From Macrostomum lignano (lineage: Eukaryota): a stretch of 64,000 nt of DNA. The number at the start of each line of letters is the position of its first letter. The first letter of the stretch is position 1. The stretch spans positions 186,001 through 250,000 of the forward strand of contig NIVC01001654.1 of assembly GCA_002269645.1 (NCBI GenBank). The letters are read 5' to 3'. The position numbers were made by a program, and so were the translations under genes. Below, one piece after another: positions 11,724 through 24,318 of the stretch. Below the pieces are notes generated by a model, which had not been told where the DNA came from, ran no database searches, and was given only the letters and a program-made list of their open reading frames with translations.

Positions 11724-12376
11724 ATGAGTTTATATTCGATAGCCTACTCTGTTTCAATTTTTCTGATAGCCATTTCGGCCGAAAAGTTCTCCTATGTCGG
11801 CTGCTTTGCAGACCGTGCGTCCAGAGACCTAAACGGACGCACGATTGATGATGCGAGCATGTCACGGAAGTTCTGCAGCGCCGTCTGCTCGCATGACAAG
11901 TACCGCTACTTCGGCTTGCAATTCCGCTCCCACTGTTTCTGCGGTAACTCCTACGGACTGCACGGAGTCGCTAATGAGGCCGACTGCAACATGGCCTGCA
12001 CTGGAAACTCGCGCCAGATTTGCGGTGGCCACAGTCGAAATTCGGTTTTCGCCCTGGTGTACACCTGTGAGATCGCTGAATAAGTAGCTGGAGTCACTTT
12101 AGCGAGGTTAATTCTCAGTTAAGTCGCTTCATCCTTCCAGCTGACGGTTTCCATCGAGCAGAGAGATCACATTCGATTATCACTGCTGGTGCCCCTACGG
12201 AGGCCTTCTGGACCGTCGCTGCCAGGTCTGACATCGAGTGCGCCACGTTGTGCCAGGAGAGTACTGACTGCCAGGCTGTGCTGTTCGCTCGACAGCAGCT
12301 GCTGTGCCACTTGCTGACGGTCGCCTACCTGCCTGCCAGTCTGAAGGACATCGCTGGAGACTACTATGTGCGCTGA
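11724..12376 (+). CDS. Secreted WSC + PAN/Apple domain protein (2 exons: 11724-12066 and 12141-12376; 192 aa)
   Basis: Hydrophobic N-terminus; WSC motif YVGCF...C...C...YFGLQ...CFCG...C...C.GN..QICGG. The intron GTGAGA...TTCCAG (74 bp) restores the frame into SDIECATLCQESTDCQAVLF...CHLL (PAN-like). Confidence 0.8.
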
Positions 12377-13539
12377 TGTGCCGAGCGGAGTTTTGAATGC
12401 TGAACTGGAGTTTTAATTCCATTGATCAAATTTTTGAAAAGTTCAAATTATCGAGCAATTATAAATTCGACTCCGAATGAGACATGCAGACTTATTGACT
12501 AGTCGGTTACAAACTGCCAAAATCTTTGAGACCCCATTTTTCGTCTGATAATGGCTCTCAACTAGCCTCATTTTTCTGCTTGAAACTGCAGAGCATTGTT
12601 GTAAAACCAAGGCATGTAAAGTATAGAAGTTATAGTCATTTTAATGAGCAAATATACTGATAGAAGAATTGACACCCTGCGCCGTTCTGTTGTCATCAGC
12701 TCTGAATCACATGACAACTGTCTTTCTGGGAACAATGCCCCTAGAGGCAGAGTAGGAGTAGGCAACGTTACGAAGAGAAGATATTTTTAGACACACCAAA
12801 AAGTGGCAGAATGGTGGTTTCTTATCTGAGATATCTACCATATTCGTATCGACCAAGGCTTTTGCTACTTTGTTGTTAAAATAACAGATATAAAAAGATG
12901 GAAAATTTGTCTTTCAAAAAATTCAAATTCCTGATTAGTGTTAGTTGTAGTTATGGTTCAGTATACATACATCTGTTTGTTGATATTGATGTGCCGCTCT
13001 ATACTTGACGAAAAGGCCAACGGGAATTTAGTATTCTTCAACACAACACATTGGCTTCGCAAGCTAGGCTACCCCCCGCAACCAACTCAGCCCACAGATG
13101 CGAGAATAACTAGATAACTCAGCACATTTGCGTGTAAGCTACTTTCAATTCAGTAGTAGGTTAAACGAAAGCGTTTGAATGTATTTTTTAAAGCCAAGGC
13201 TTATTTGTTAGCTCTTAACCCCCCAGCTTAAACCCTCCAACCGCGCCTTTCCACACTACCCCCCGCCCGCCACAATTTTAATTGCCTTTCTCGGAATTCC
13301 AGCCTAAAGCTGCCATGTACGTTTCAGTATACTGGCTATTGTACATTAATATTGCTGAACTAATTAGCTGCTGTATTCTTCTTTGCTACTGAACTGAAAG
13401 TAGAATGCCTGAGTGGCCTATGTACTCATTTTTAGTAGCTACTCGTATCTGTGACCCCGCCTAGAACGCCGCCACTGCAAAGTAAACAAGCGCCAAACAG
13501 CAAAAGTACACAGTGCTCAGAATTTCTCAGTCAACGACA

Positions 13540-14300
13540 GCTTCTGGAACATCGGAGGTGCCAAGGATCAACATCTTGCCACCAGAGCGATTCCTGCCTC
13601 AACAGGGCCGTGGAATGAGTCGTGGAAAAGCCTTTTTGGCAACCATCTGTTGGCGGCGGACTTCGACACTCAACCAGATGGAATCTTTGCAGCGATGCAG
13701 CCACCGCGCACCATCTCAAAATTCGAATCGTAAACAGACATCGCTGGACGAGATTCGACGAGACCGTGAAGCTGCTGAAGGAGCAGTTTGGTGGCAAGAC
13801 TGGCGGGCTCGTGCGAGTTCGGCGGCATGATGGATGAGATGATTCGCGACCAGAGATCGTGGAGAAGGTCATGCAGCGACAGGCGGATGCTCATCGAGGA
13901 GGGCCTGACGTTGAGGACGGCGGTGACGCTGAGCCAGCAGTGGGAGACTGGCATTGAGAATGGCAAGTCGAGGCGGGGCGAGCGGATGTCCGGCGGAGGC
14001 GGCCACAACAGGCGAGAGCCAAAGTGTCCATAATTCTATCGGAGAGGACCTACCGGAAGCTCGGGACCAAGGTGCCGCTGCAGCCATCTACCAGGAAGCT
14101 CATCACGTACAACGGCAAAGCTATCGACACGCTGGAACAAGCGGTGCTGTCAGTCAACTACCGCGGGCAGAGGGTGCCATTCTTCTGCTTTACAGTAGTA
14201 TGTCAGGGATCCCACATAATGAGCACGGATCTGATGCAGCAGCTCAGCTTCCAAGTGGTGAACTGGGACGGTGACCTGGTGCGCACTGTGGACGAGACCA
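13540..14300 (+). mobile_element. Degenerate Ty3/Gypsy LTR retrotransposon gag-protease fragment
   Basis: FDETVKLLKEQF and CEFGGMMDEMIRDQ...LTL..AV are gag-like; IILSERTYRKL...LQPSTRKLITYNG is the protease C-terminal half. Catalytic DTG deleted; frameshifts. Confidence 0.75.
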
Positions 14301-14680
14301 GCAAGTCAAATGTGTCAAAGGTCGGCGACTGCATGTACATCAACGAGCACCAACGGCGATTCGAGTGAATCCGAGCAGTCGGACTCGCTCCGACGCAGAG
14401 GTAGCCTTGGGAATGTGGTGACGACTCATTGGTTGCAATTTCTGCAAAGAAAATTCGAACTTCAACTCTTTATTTTTGAATATTCCTGTTCGACCGTTTT
14501 TGCGATTGTGACTCAAAATCAAAACGTAGATGGTTTTCAGGTAGGTACATTTATTAAGTATAGCTTGTAAATATACTTATCGAAAGGCCAGCGTAATTAG
14601 TTAAATTGTGCCTATAGCCACTCAAGTCTATCTCAATATAACAATTTGCTGCAGAGCTAATTAGGGAGAAGGAGGGGAGG

Positions 14681-15013
14681 GAGGGAGCTGTCAGGCTGTC
14701 AGCCACTGAATGTTCATGAGGGAGCTGTCAGGCTGTCAGTCACTGAATGTTCGTGAGGGAGCTGTCAGGCTGTCAGTCACTGAATGTTCATGAGGGAGCT
14801 GTCAGGCTGTCAGTCACTGAATGTTCATGAGGGAGCTGTCAGGCTGTCAGTCACTGAATGTTCATGAGGGAGCTGTCAGGCTGTCAGTCACTGAATGTTC
14901 GTGAGGGAGCTGTCAGGCTGTCAGTCACTGAATGTTTATGAAGGAGCTGTCAGGCTGTCAGTCACTGAATGTTCATGAGGGAGCTGTCAGGCTGTCAGTC
15001 ACTGAATGTTCAT
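14681..15013. repeat. 37-bp minisatellite (9 copies)
   Basis: Unit gggagctgtcaggctgtcagtcactgaatgttcatga; paralog at 30015-30122. Confidence 0.95.
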
Positions 15014-15620
15014 AACTACATGATTGAAGTACATGAAATCAATTTGCAGACTGATATAGCTTATTCTAAGAGCAGGTGCTTGAATAATCACGGAGCATGT
15101 ATACACGACATTTTAAGCTATAAAAGTACATCTTAAGTATTTATCAGTATTATATGCAGTAAAATTTCTCGAACATAGATTACTGTTTCATGCAAATATC
15201 TGCTACCTGTGCATTTGGCTTGAATATGTCATTAAACAGCATTGGCAATTGGGTATTGAAGTCCGCAGAACAAAATCGCTGAGAAAAGCCCACGTCAAAG
15301 CAGAAACGCAGTTTGAAGGGAAAAAGCAATTCAGCATGCAGTGTGAATTGAATTGCAGCACAAATGTACAAAACTGCAGTTCACAGCAGGAGGGCTGCTC
15401 TCACTAAACTAGCTCATTTTCTAAAAGCTAAAAGACAGACAGATTTAGGACACGCAGATCCCTCATCAAGCCAGCATGCAGACGATTGAAATAGACCGTT
15501 TCTGGCCATGCATGCCAAGTCAAAATGTAAAGACGATTCAATGTGTTTCAAGCAGAACACGAAGAACCAAAATCAGAATAAAGAGTTTAATTAAACAAAC
15601 GCAAGTTGCATGAAGTTCAA

Positions 15621-18600
15621 TTAAAAGCAAAAATAATAAAACAAAAGTCTTCTTCTCTGACCTCGACTTTGCGACTCGACTTTAAGGGCTCCAGCCACTG
15701 CATCAAGACTCTCCAGCTTCTGCCTGACCCAGCCGATCTTCTCCTCGTCCTGCGTCTCCATGGCGACGCGTCTCTCTTTCTCGATCATCTTTATCTGCCG
15801 CAGGCTGAGCTCCACGTGCTCGCGGCAGTCGCTGTAGTGAGCCAGAGTGAGCAGCTCCTCCAAGTCCGGGTCTCCAAGCAGCTCTCGCTTCCAATCCTTT
15901 AGTTTAATTGCAGGTGCGCGATTGCGGAGCAGCTCAGCTTGGAGACTCCAGCTCAGGCAGCGGAAGTTCACGTACAGGTGGGAGGAGAGAGGCTGCGACA
16001 GTCTGGCTGTGAACAGAGTCTGCGTGAACTCGGGAAGGAATGGGAAGCGAGGCGGAGAGTCGCAGGGGAGGCAGAACCTCCACGCCCAGTCTGAGTCTTC
16101 TGGCAGTTTTCTAATGTAGCTCTCTTCTCGAATATGCTGTGGCTTCAACCCTGACTCAACCTGATATCTCTGCAGCTCCATCGCGAGTCTCTCAGCCTCC
16201 TCAGATTCTCCGAACTTCAAATGCGCCATGGCGGTCATGCACAGGGCGGCGCACTTGCACCACTGCAGCTCATGAAGGAGACTGAGCTGACTCATCAGAG
16301 TGTCTCTGTTGCTCGATTCCGACTGCAGCTCGCTCACACACTGGTGCACCACACTGTACACGTCTGCGAACTTGTAGTAAATTGTTGGATAACGATCACT
16401 TCCTTCCCTGATCTCCGTGACAGCAGGCGGCGCTGTCAGAGGCAGCAGAGTGAACGGGTGAAAATAGAACTTCTCTGACTGCAGAGGTCTCACGAGTCTC
16501 CTCAGCTGCTCGACCACTCCGCCGAAGTCGCTTCTCAGCTCACAAAGTCGGTCTCGAATCCTCGCCTTCGTGTTGTCGAAGTCGCCGCCGATTCCAGCGT
16601 TCTTGAAGTAGAGCAGAGCGTCGGGCATGAAGAAGTGCGGCATGCACTCATCGGGCGAGCTGCTGCCCGAGTCGATGAAGCTCAGCATCATGTCGAGAGA
16701 CTCCTTAAGCAGAGCGATCAGATTGTGGGGCTGCCAAGCGTCAATTTGAGGATGTGCGCCATGCTTCTTCAGCATGAAGAATAGCAGAGTCTTCGCATGG
16801 TAGGTCTTGAGTCCAGGTGTGTCCAGAGTGAGCGGCAAGTGTCTCTTGAAGATAAACTTGATGAGTGTGAACAGCTGGCCTTGGACTGTGCTCAGCTGTC
16901 TCATGATCCGTTTCTCATGGAAGCTGAAGCTCACTCTGAGCTCGTTGGTCGAGCTCGGTCTTGTCGCTCGCACGAGGTGAACATCATCACTGAATGGAAG
17001 CAGTTTTATAACTCTGTGTGCACAGAAACTGCTGCAGCACTTGATGGCATGGCACGTGTCCTGTGCAGGCTGCACACCGCATGCTGCGGCTGTGACAGCA
17101 GGTTGGCTGCCTGCAGAGCGCAGTGAGAGGAGAGTGTCGAGTGAAGAAGATGGGGTTGGTTTGCAGCTGCTTGAGTGTGTCGGTTGAGTTCGTGTGTGAG
17201 TGCTACTACTGTAGTCAATGAGTGAAGCAAAGTATTTGTTGAAATGCAGCGGTAAGGAGTTGATGATGGGCAGAGAGGGAAAGAAATTATTTTACATTGT
17301 TGCAGTTTGTTGCAGTTTACTTTCTTGCGCATGGCAACTCATGATAATTGTTTAATAACCTGTGAGGTGGTGAGGCAGTGCAATGATTGGTAGAATTTGA
17401 ATTGGTTGGCAGAATTTGTATTCAAAGCGAGTGCTGGATGGTTTTAAACTGAGCAAGGTGTGAAAGTGAGGTTGAGAAGTTCAGGCAGTGGGTATCGAAT
17501 TGAGCAAAGTTGATGGGGCTAGTATTGGGTGGGGATGAGGCGAGCGTGACTGACCTGCTCCGACTGGCACCTGTGCGTGGCCCTCGTTGACTTGCAGTTG
17601 AGTGGCGTTTCTGCAGGAATCATCTCGTCCATGGCAGCCACCTTCGAGATGGAACAGTTGCCCATCAAGCAGCACAGTCCAGTCAATGTCGGAGTCTGCA
17701 TCTGTCCTGCCGTTGACTTGGAGCAGACTGTTGGCCCAGCCCTCTGCGTAGCTGCCGGTCATCCGCCTGCCATCCTGTGTGAGGACTTGAGTGACTTTTT
17801 CCAGCCAGTCAGCGAGTTTTTGCTGACAGTTGGCTCTCTGTTTGGTGAATCCCGCCTCGTTGAGAAGTGGATGCAGGTGGTGGTGAGAGAGTCTGGAAGG
17901 TTCTGACTGGGGAACTGTCAGGGGAACTGACTGGTTGGGATTAAGCAGTCGGAGGACCTGCCGCTGCTCAAATCGCTGTGCGAGCTGCGCACACGTGAGG
18001 CCCTGACTGTCTCGATGGCTGGCATCGGCTCCATTGTCGATGAGAGTCTTGGCTGCTCGCACGTGACCGGCGTGGCAGGCTCGTGACAGAGCAGTGCGAC
18101 CGTGTTTGTCTTGAGCGCGAAGTGAGGCGCCGAGATGGATGAGTTTGAGAATGAGTTCGTGCTGACCAGCATCAGCTGCGAGCATGAGAGCGGTGGCTCC
18201 GGTGTTGTCGTCTGGGAGATCGACATGCTGTGTGGCGAATCGGTGATGATTGAGCAGTGTGGCGGCAAGAGCGACGTGTCGCTGGGAGATGGAGAGATGG
18301 AGTAGTTGTGAGATTTGAGCTGGCTGCATTTGAGAGACGGTTTTGTTGAGAACGGAGTTGGTGCCTTGGATGGCCAAGTTAGCAGTGGAGGTGAGGATGG
18401 TGTTGTATTGGAAGAGACAGTGCGGCTGAAGGTCTAAAGAGGCGACGAGAGGTTCGTGTCTTTGAGAGCAAGCGTAGAGTGCGCATTGGAAACGGAGCTT
18501 CGCTTTTAGATCGTGACTTGAGAGACAGGAGACGAGAAACTGGACGATTTGAAGGTGACCAGTGGTTGCAGCCCATTCGGCAGCATCGATGCAGCAGGTG

Positions 18601-18785
18601 TCCCTTTCAGAGTGGTCAATGATTTGTGGGACGAGAAACTGGACATCTTGAAAGCGACCATAGTGTGCAGCTAGAAGAGTAGCGCTGACGATTTCAGAGC
18701 AGTGTCCTTGGGCCGCAGCGCGTCGGGCAGTTTGGGTGATGCTGTCTGTGGTTACGGGCTGTTGGACACATTGATTCTGGTCCAT
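15621..18785 (-). CDS. Ankyrin-repeat / cGAS-like (Mab-21, cGLR) nucleotidyltransferase fusion, gene B (exons 18785-17555 and 17110-15621; ~906 aa)
   Basis: ANK repeats, then the NTase motif GSYAEG...SDID. The donor GCAG|GTCAGT and acceptor CTCTGCAG| join in frame to QDTCHAIKC (putative third acidic residue). Mab-21 motifs follow: ELRVSFSFHEK, LKTYHAKTLLF, W...L..LL..L, CMPHFFMP. Confidence 0.85.
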
Positions 18786-18844
18786 GGTTCTGGAGAGCGG
18801 AGCTGTGGTGCATTAGTGGTGCGAGAGCGTGTAAGAAAGAGACT

Positions 18845-19120
18845 TTGTGGAAGGAGAAAGTTGAAAGTGGATATGAAATGGAGAAGGAAAGAAGGGGAGG
18901 AAAAAAGAAGGGAAGGAGAAGGAGGGGAGGAAGAAGGAGAAGGAGGGGAGGGAGGGAGGGAGTGAGAGAAAGGGGAGGGAGAGGGGGGAAAAAGAAGGGA
19001 AAAAGAAGGGAGGGAGAAGGAGAGAAAGCAGTAGAGAGAAGGAGAAGGAGGGAAGGGAGCGAGAGAGGAGGAAGTGTGGGAGAAAGAGAGGAAGAAAAGG
19101 GGAGCGAAGGAGAGGGGAGC
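18845..19120. repeat. Purine-rich low-complexity tract upstream of gene B
   Basis: GA-rich stretch; a shorter counterpart lies at 1920-1970 upstream of gene A. Confidence 0.8.
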
Positions 19121-19202
19121 GAACAATTGGGGCTGCATTGTGGCTGTAAATTTTTATAAAGAATTTTTTAAATCTTTGTGAGCCCTACCTATGATCCTTG
19201 GT

Positions 19203-19661
19203 TGCTGTCAGAGTGACAGATGTCAGTCACGGCTGCTATCAGAGTGGCAGATGTCAGTCACGGCTGCTGTCAGAGTGGCAGATGTCAGTCACGGCTGCTG
19301 TCAGAGTGGCAGATGTCAGTCACGGCTGCTGTCAGAGTAGCAGATGTCAGTCACGGCTGCTGTCAAAGTGGCAGATGTCAGTCACGGCTGCTGTCAGAGT
19401 GGCAGGTGTCAGTCACGGCTGCTGTCAAAGTGGCAGATGTCAGTCACGGCTGCTGTCAGAGTGGCAGGTGTCAGTCACGGCTGCTGTCAGAGTGGCAGAT
19501 GTCAGTCACGGCTGCTGTCAGAGTAGCAGATGTCAGTCACGGCTGCTGTCAAAGTGGCAGATGTCAGTCACGGCTGCTGTCAGAGTAGCAGATGTCAGTC
19601 ACGGCTGCTGTCAAAGTGGCAGATGTCAGTCACGGCTGCTGTCAGAGTGGCAGATGTCAGT
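19203..19661. repeat. 31-bp minisatellite (~15 copies) upstream of ANK-cGLR gene B
   Basis: Same unit as 2036-2584. Confidence 0.95.
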
Positions 19662-20212
19662 TCCAAAGGTTTGCGCAGCCGGTTTTACCGCTTCATGTCT
19701 CATCGACTCACTTTTTAGTCGAGCGGTGACAACCCCCGGTTTTATCAAACTTTTCTCTCGAGCAGGAGCTGAGCCCGTCTTTGAAGCTCCCAGGCAAAGC
19801 ACAAAATGCACAGCAGTAAGTGCTTGTGGGCATGAGCGTACGAAGCCGTCACAGAAAGTCATTCCTGCATATCCTAAGGGCTGATAGCGCAAGCACAGGA
19901 AACTTTGGACGTGCGTATAACTCCACTGCGCATTGGCAAGCGGGTTTGAAACGCGCATTGAGAAACGGCATTTTTTCTGCCCCAACCCAAAGCAATCGAT
20001 AGGCAGGGCGCACAGGAGACTTGAAGGGACCAGGCCAGTTCATTTCTCGAGCAGTTTGTGAAGATAAGCGGTGGCACCTGATTGTCTGCTCAAATTTTCA
20101 AATAGAAACAACCGAATTTGGCAATCTTGGTCTCGCTTTAAAGCTCACCAAATTATTTTCGACTGACTAGAGTTTCATTCGAAACTGAGTACGAGTTCAT
20201 TGTTTGTGTGGT

Positions 20213-20314
20213 ACTCGGTGCTGAGGCTGTCAGTGATGGTGAAGACTCGGTTCTGAGGCTGTCAGTGATGGTGAAGACTCGGTGCTGAGGCTGTCAGTGA
20301 TGGTGAAGACTCGG
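20213..20314. repeat. 32-bp tandem repeat (3 copies)
   Basis: actcggtgctgaggctgtcagtgatggtgaag. Confidence 0.85.
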
Positions 20315-20908
20315 TTGGCGTGATTGACTTCCGCAGTGAGGCCAGCTCAGCATTCTCAGCCTTTGTGTCACAAAAGCATGTCTGATTCAGTTTCATATTT
20401 TGATAATTTGCTGAGCTTTCATTTTGCATTCGACTTTCTTTGAGTTCTTCCCAGCTACGCAAACAGTTTCTGCATTAATATGCTTGCTTTATCAAGCACA
20501 AAATTCAGTAGCAATAACGAGGCGAATCCGCATGCACAACAGAATCCAAACGGTGCAGTCATTGCAGAAAGGGGGCTTTATGACTCAAAGCAAATGATAT
20601 GTGAAAAGAAGACGACACCAAAATGACACGGGCAATGGAAGACTAGATCTAAAAATAGTAGCCGTGTCTTTTATTCACAAACATTAAATCATAAAGAAAT
20701 AAATTAAAATGTCGTCTCACGGTTCGAAAGTAGAAATGTGGAAAATTAGACAAAGATTGCGAATTTGTTCCATCTAATAAGAACTGACACGGAATCGAAG
20801 ATAAAGTAATAAAGAAAGGCAAGAAGATAAAAGATAGGTTGCAAGAAAAGATAAAGGTGAAATGTGAGATTCAAAGACTTGTTTGTGTATGGAGAAGGAG
20901 ACAAAGAT

Positions 20909-21041
20909 GCAAGCTGAGATGCGGGAGAGGCTGAGAAGTAGATAGAGATGCAGCTGAGATAAGGGAGAGGCTAAGAAGTACATAGAAAAGCAGCTGAGAT
21001 GGGGGAGAGGCTGAGAAGTAGATAGAGATGCAGCTGAGATG
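20909..21041. repeat. 40-bp tandem repeat (~3 copies)
   Basis: gcagctgagat...gagaggctgagaagtagatagagat. Confidence 0.8.
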
Positions 21042-21841
21042 TGGCAGGGCCATTGCATACCGTAAATGCATGCATTTATATTTTCGTTCGTAAATACTTT
21101 TTTACAGACACAAGTGGAAAAATATTAAATTACAAATTACCACTAAATTTGCTGCTGGGTGGCGCCAATGATGCAGCCAGGCGCCCGGAGGCTGGCTGCT
21201 TGAAAATTGCAGATGCGCTTTGGCCATCGAGCGGACGCCCCTTGAGCCCTTGGGCCTCGGCGCGGTTGGCAAAAAAAGGCTCGCAACCTGCGGGCTGCGC
21301 CATCTGTCGGCCAGCAGCCCGTGAGCCGAGCTGGGTGACTTCAGGGCGCTTTGCAGCCGGATGGAGCAGCTCCGCCTGCGGCAGCCTCCCAGCTCGCAAC
21401 CACCGGCGAAGGAGGCGTTGGAACTGCTGGCTTTGCTGGCGCCTCCGCCGTCCAGCTGCCTCCGACGCCCTATTCTGCTTAGTGTGTCTTTTAAACTGCT
21501 TGAATATTTCATATAACTGATTATGCATTTGAAGTGCATTCTTCTCACCTTGACATTTCGGTCCGCCTTGGCTGCTCAAGGACCCTATCGTGCATTTCGA
21601 AGGCGCCATGCATTTGTCCTGATGTGGCCAGCTTGGCCTCGTGCTGATCTGCCAGTCTGCCCTGACAGGCCCGCCTTTCTCTTCAGTGACGAGTTCGGCC
21701 AGTCTTTCGTGCCGTCCGAAAGACTTTCCAGCTACGGAATGAGCTCGGCTTCAGAAAGCGACTGGCGTCCGAGCTTTCTTAGAAATCGGCCGGCTTTCCC
21801 CAAAGCCGAAGCTGTTTTGCTTCAGAAGAGCGCAGCGCTTC

Positions 21842-22063
21842 CGGCATCAGATCTGGGTGCCTTCATGACCTCGGCATCAGATCTGGGTGCCTTCATGACC
21901 TCGGCATCAGATCTGGGTGCCTTCATGACCTCGGCATCAGATCTGGGTGCCTCAATGACCTTGGCATCAGATCTGGGTGCCTCAATGACCTTGGCATCAG
22001 ATCTGGGTGCCTTCATGACCTTGGCATCAGATCTGGGTGCCCTCATGACCTTGGCATCAGATG
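21842..22063. repeat. 30-bp tandem repeat (~7 copies)
   Basis: ggcatcagatctgggtgccttcatgacctc. Confidence 0.9.
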
Positions 22064-22125
22064 TCATTGGTTTGAATTTCTGCCATTCTCAGCTTTCGAT
22101 TCGAGCAGCGTTGCTATAGAAATAT

Positions 22126-22296
22126 GGTTTCCTTAGCAACCGGATCAGCTTGATGGTTTCCTTAGCAACCGGATCAGCTTGATGATTTCCTTAGCAACCG
22201 GATAAGCTTGATGATTTCCTTAGCAACCGGATAAGCTTGATGATTTCCTTAGCAACCGGATAAGCTTGATGATTTCCTTAGCAACCGGATAAGCTT
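22126..22296. repeat. 29-bp tandem repeat (~6 copies)
   Basis: tttccttagcaaccggataagcttgatga. Confidence 0.9.
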
Positions 22297-22434
22297 AATA
22301 AATATCTGAGCAACTGGAATTCCCAGGAACACTCTTAGATGCCGAATTCTTAAATATAGCTGCAGTTAACGAGGCTCTCAATGGGAATGGAATCCTATAT
22401 TTTTCAGAGACTGCACTTTTCCACAGCAGTTAAT

Positions 22435-23490
22435 GGGATCAGATAGGGTGTGGGATCAGATAGGGTGTGGGATCAGATAGGGTGTGGGATCAGATAGGGT
22501 GTGGGATCAGATAGGGTGTGGGATCAGATAGGGTGTGGGATCAGATAGTGTGGGATCAGATAGGGTGTGGGATCAGATAGTGTGGGATCAGATAGGGTGT
22601 GGGATCAGATAGGGTGTGGGATCAGATAGGGTGTGGGATCAGATAGGGTGTGGGATCAGATAGAGTGGGATCAGATAGTGTGGGATCAGATAGGGTGTGG
22701 GATCAGATAGTGTGGGATCAGATAGGGTGTGGGATCAAATAGGGTGTGGGATCAGATAGGGTGTGGGATCAGATAGGGTGTGGGATCAGATAGGGTGTGG
22801 GATCAGATAGGGTGTGGGATCAGATAGGGTGTGGGATCAGATAGGGTGTGGGATCAGATAGAGTGGGATCAGATAGTGTGGGATCAGATAGGGTGTGGGA
22901 TCAGATAGTGTGGGATCAGATAGGGTGTGGGATCAAATAGGGTGTGGGATCAGATAGGGTGTGGGATCAGATAGGGTGTGGGATCAGATAGGGTGTGGGA
23001 TCAGATAGGGTGTGGGATCAGATAGGGTGTGGGATCAGATAGGGTGTGGGATCAGATAGGGTGTGGGATCAGATAGTGTGGGATCAGATAGGGTGTGGGA
23101 TCAAATAGGGTGTGGGATCAGATAGGGTGTGGGATCAGATAGGGTGTGGGATCAGATAGGGTGTGGGATCAGATAGGGTGTGGGATCAGATAGGGTGTGG
23201 GATCAGATAGGGTGTGGGATCAGATAGGGTGTGGGATCAGATAGGGTGTGGGATCAGATAGGGTGTAGGATCAGATAGGGTGTGGGATCAGATAGTGTGT
23301 GGGATCAGATAGGGTGTGGGATCAGATAGTTTGGGATCAGATAGGGTGTGGGATCAGATGGGGTGTGGGATCAGATAGGGTGGGATCAGATAGGGTGTGG
23401 GATCAGATAGGGTGTGGGATCAAATAAGGTGTGGGATCAGATAGGGTGTGAGATCAGATAATGTGGGATCAGATAGCGTGTGGGATGAGA
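22435..23490. repeat. 17/15-bp G-rich minisatellite (~60 copies)
   Basis: Unit gggatcagatagggtgt, with a gggatcagatagtgt variant. Confidence 0.95.
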
Positions 23491-24318
23491 TGGCGCCAAT
23501 ACAGATGAGTCAGTGGCGCCAATACAGATGAGTCAGTGGCACCAATTGCAGTTGAGTCAGTGGCGCCAATACAGATGAGTCAGTGGCACCAATTGCAGAT
23601 GAGTCAGTGGCGCCAATACAGATGAGTCAGTGGCACCAATTGCAGATGAGTCAGTGGCACCAATTGCAGATGAGTCAGTGGCACCAATTGCAGATGAGTC
23701 AGTGGCACCAATTGCAGATGAGTCAGTGGCACCAATTGCAGATGAGTCAGTGGCACCAATTGCAGTTGAGTCAGTGGCACCAATTGCAGATGAGTCAGTG
23801 GCACCAATTGCAGATGAGTCAGTGGCACCAATTGCAGATGAGTCAGTGGCGCCAATACAGATGAGTCAGTGGCACCAATTGCAGATGAGTCAGTGGCACC
23901 AATTGCAGTTGAGTCAGTGGCACCAATTGCAGTTGAGTCAGTGGCACCAATTGCAGTTGAGTCAGTGGCACCAATTGCAGATGAGTCAGTGGCACCAATT
24001 GCAGATGAGTCAGTGGCACCAATTGCAGATGAGTCAGTGGCGCCAATACAGATGAGTCAGTGGCACCAATTGCAGATGAGTCAGTGGCGCCAATACAGAT
24101 GAGTCAGTGGCGCCAATACAGATGAGTCAGTGGCACCAATTGCAGATGAGTCAGTGGCACCAATTGCAGATGAGTCAGTGGCGCCAATACAGATGAGTCA
24201 GTGGCGCCAATACAGATGAGTCAGTGGCGCCAATACAGATGAGTCAGTGGCGCTAATACAGATGAGTCAGTGGCACCAATTGCAGATGAGTCAGTGGCGC
24301 TAATACAGATGAGTCAGT
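23491..24318. repeat. 23/24-bp minisatellite (~35 copies) carrying TGAGTCA and CCAAT
   Basis: Units gatgagtcagtggcaccaattgca and gatgagtcagtggcgccaataca. Confidence 0.95.
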
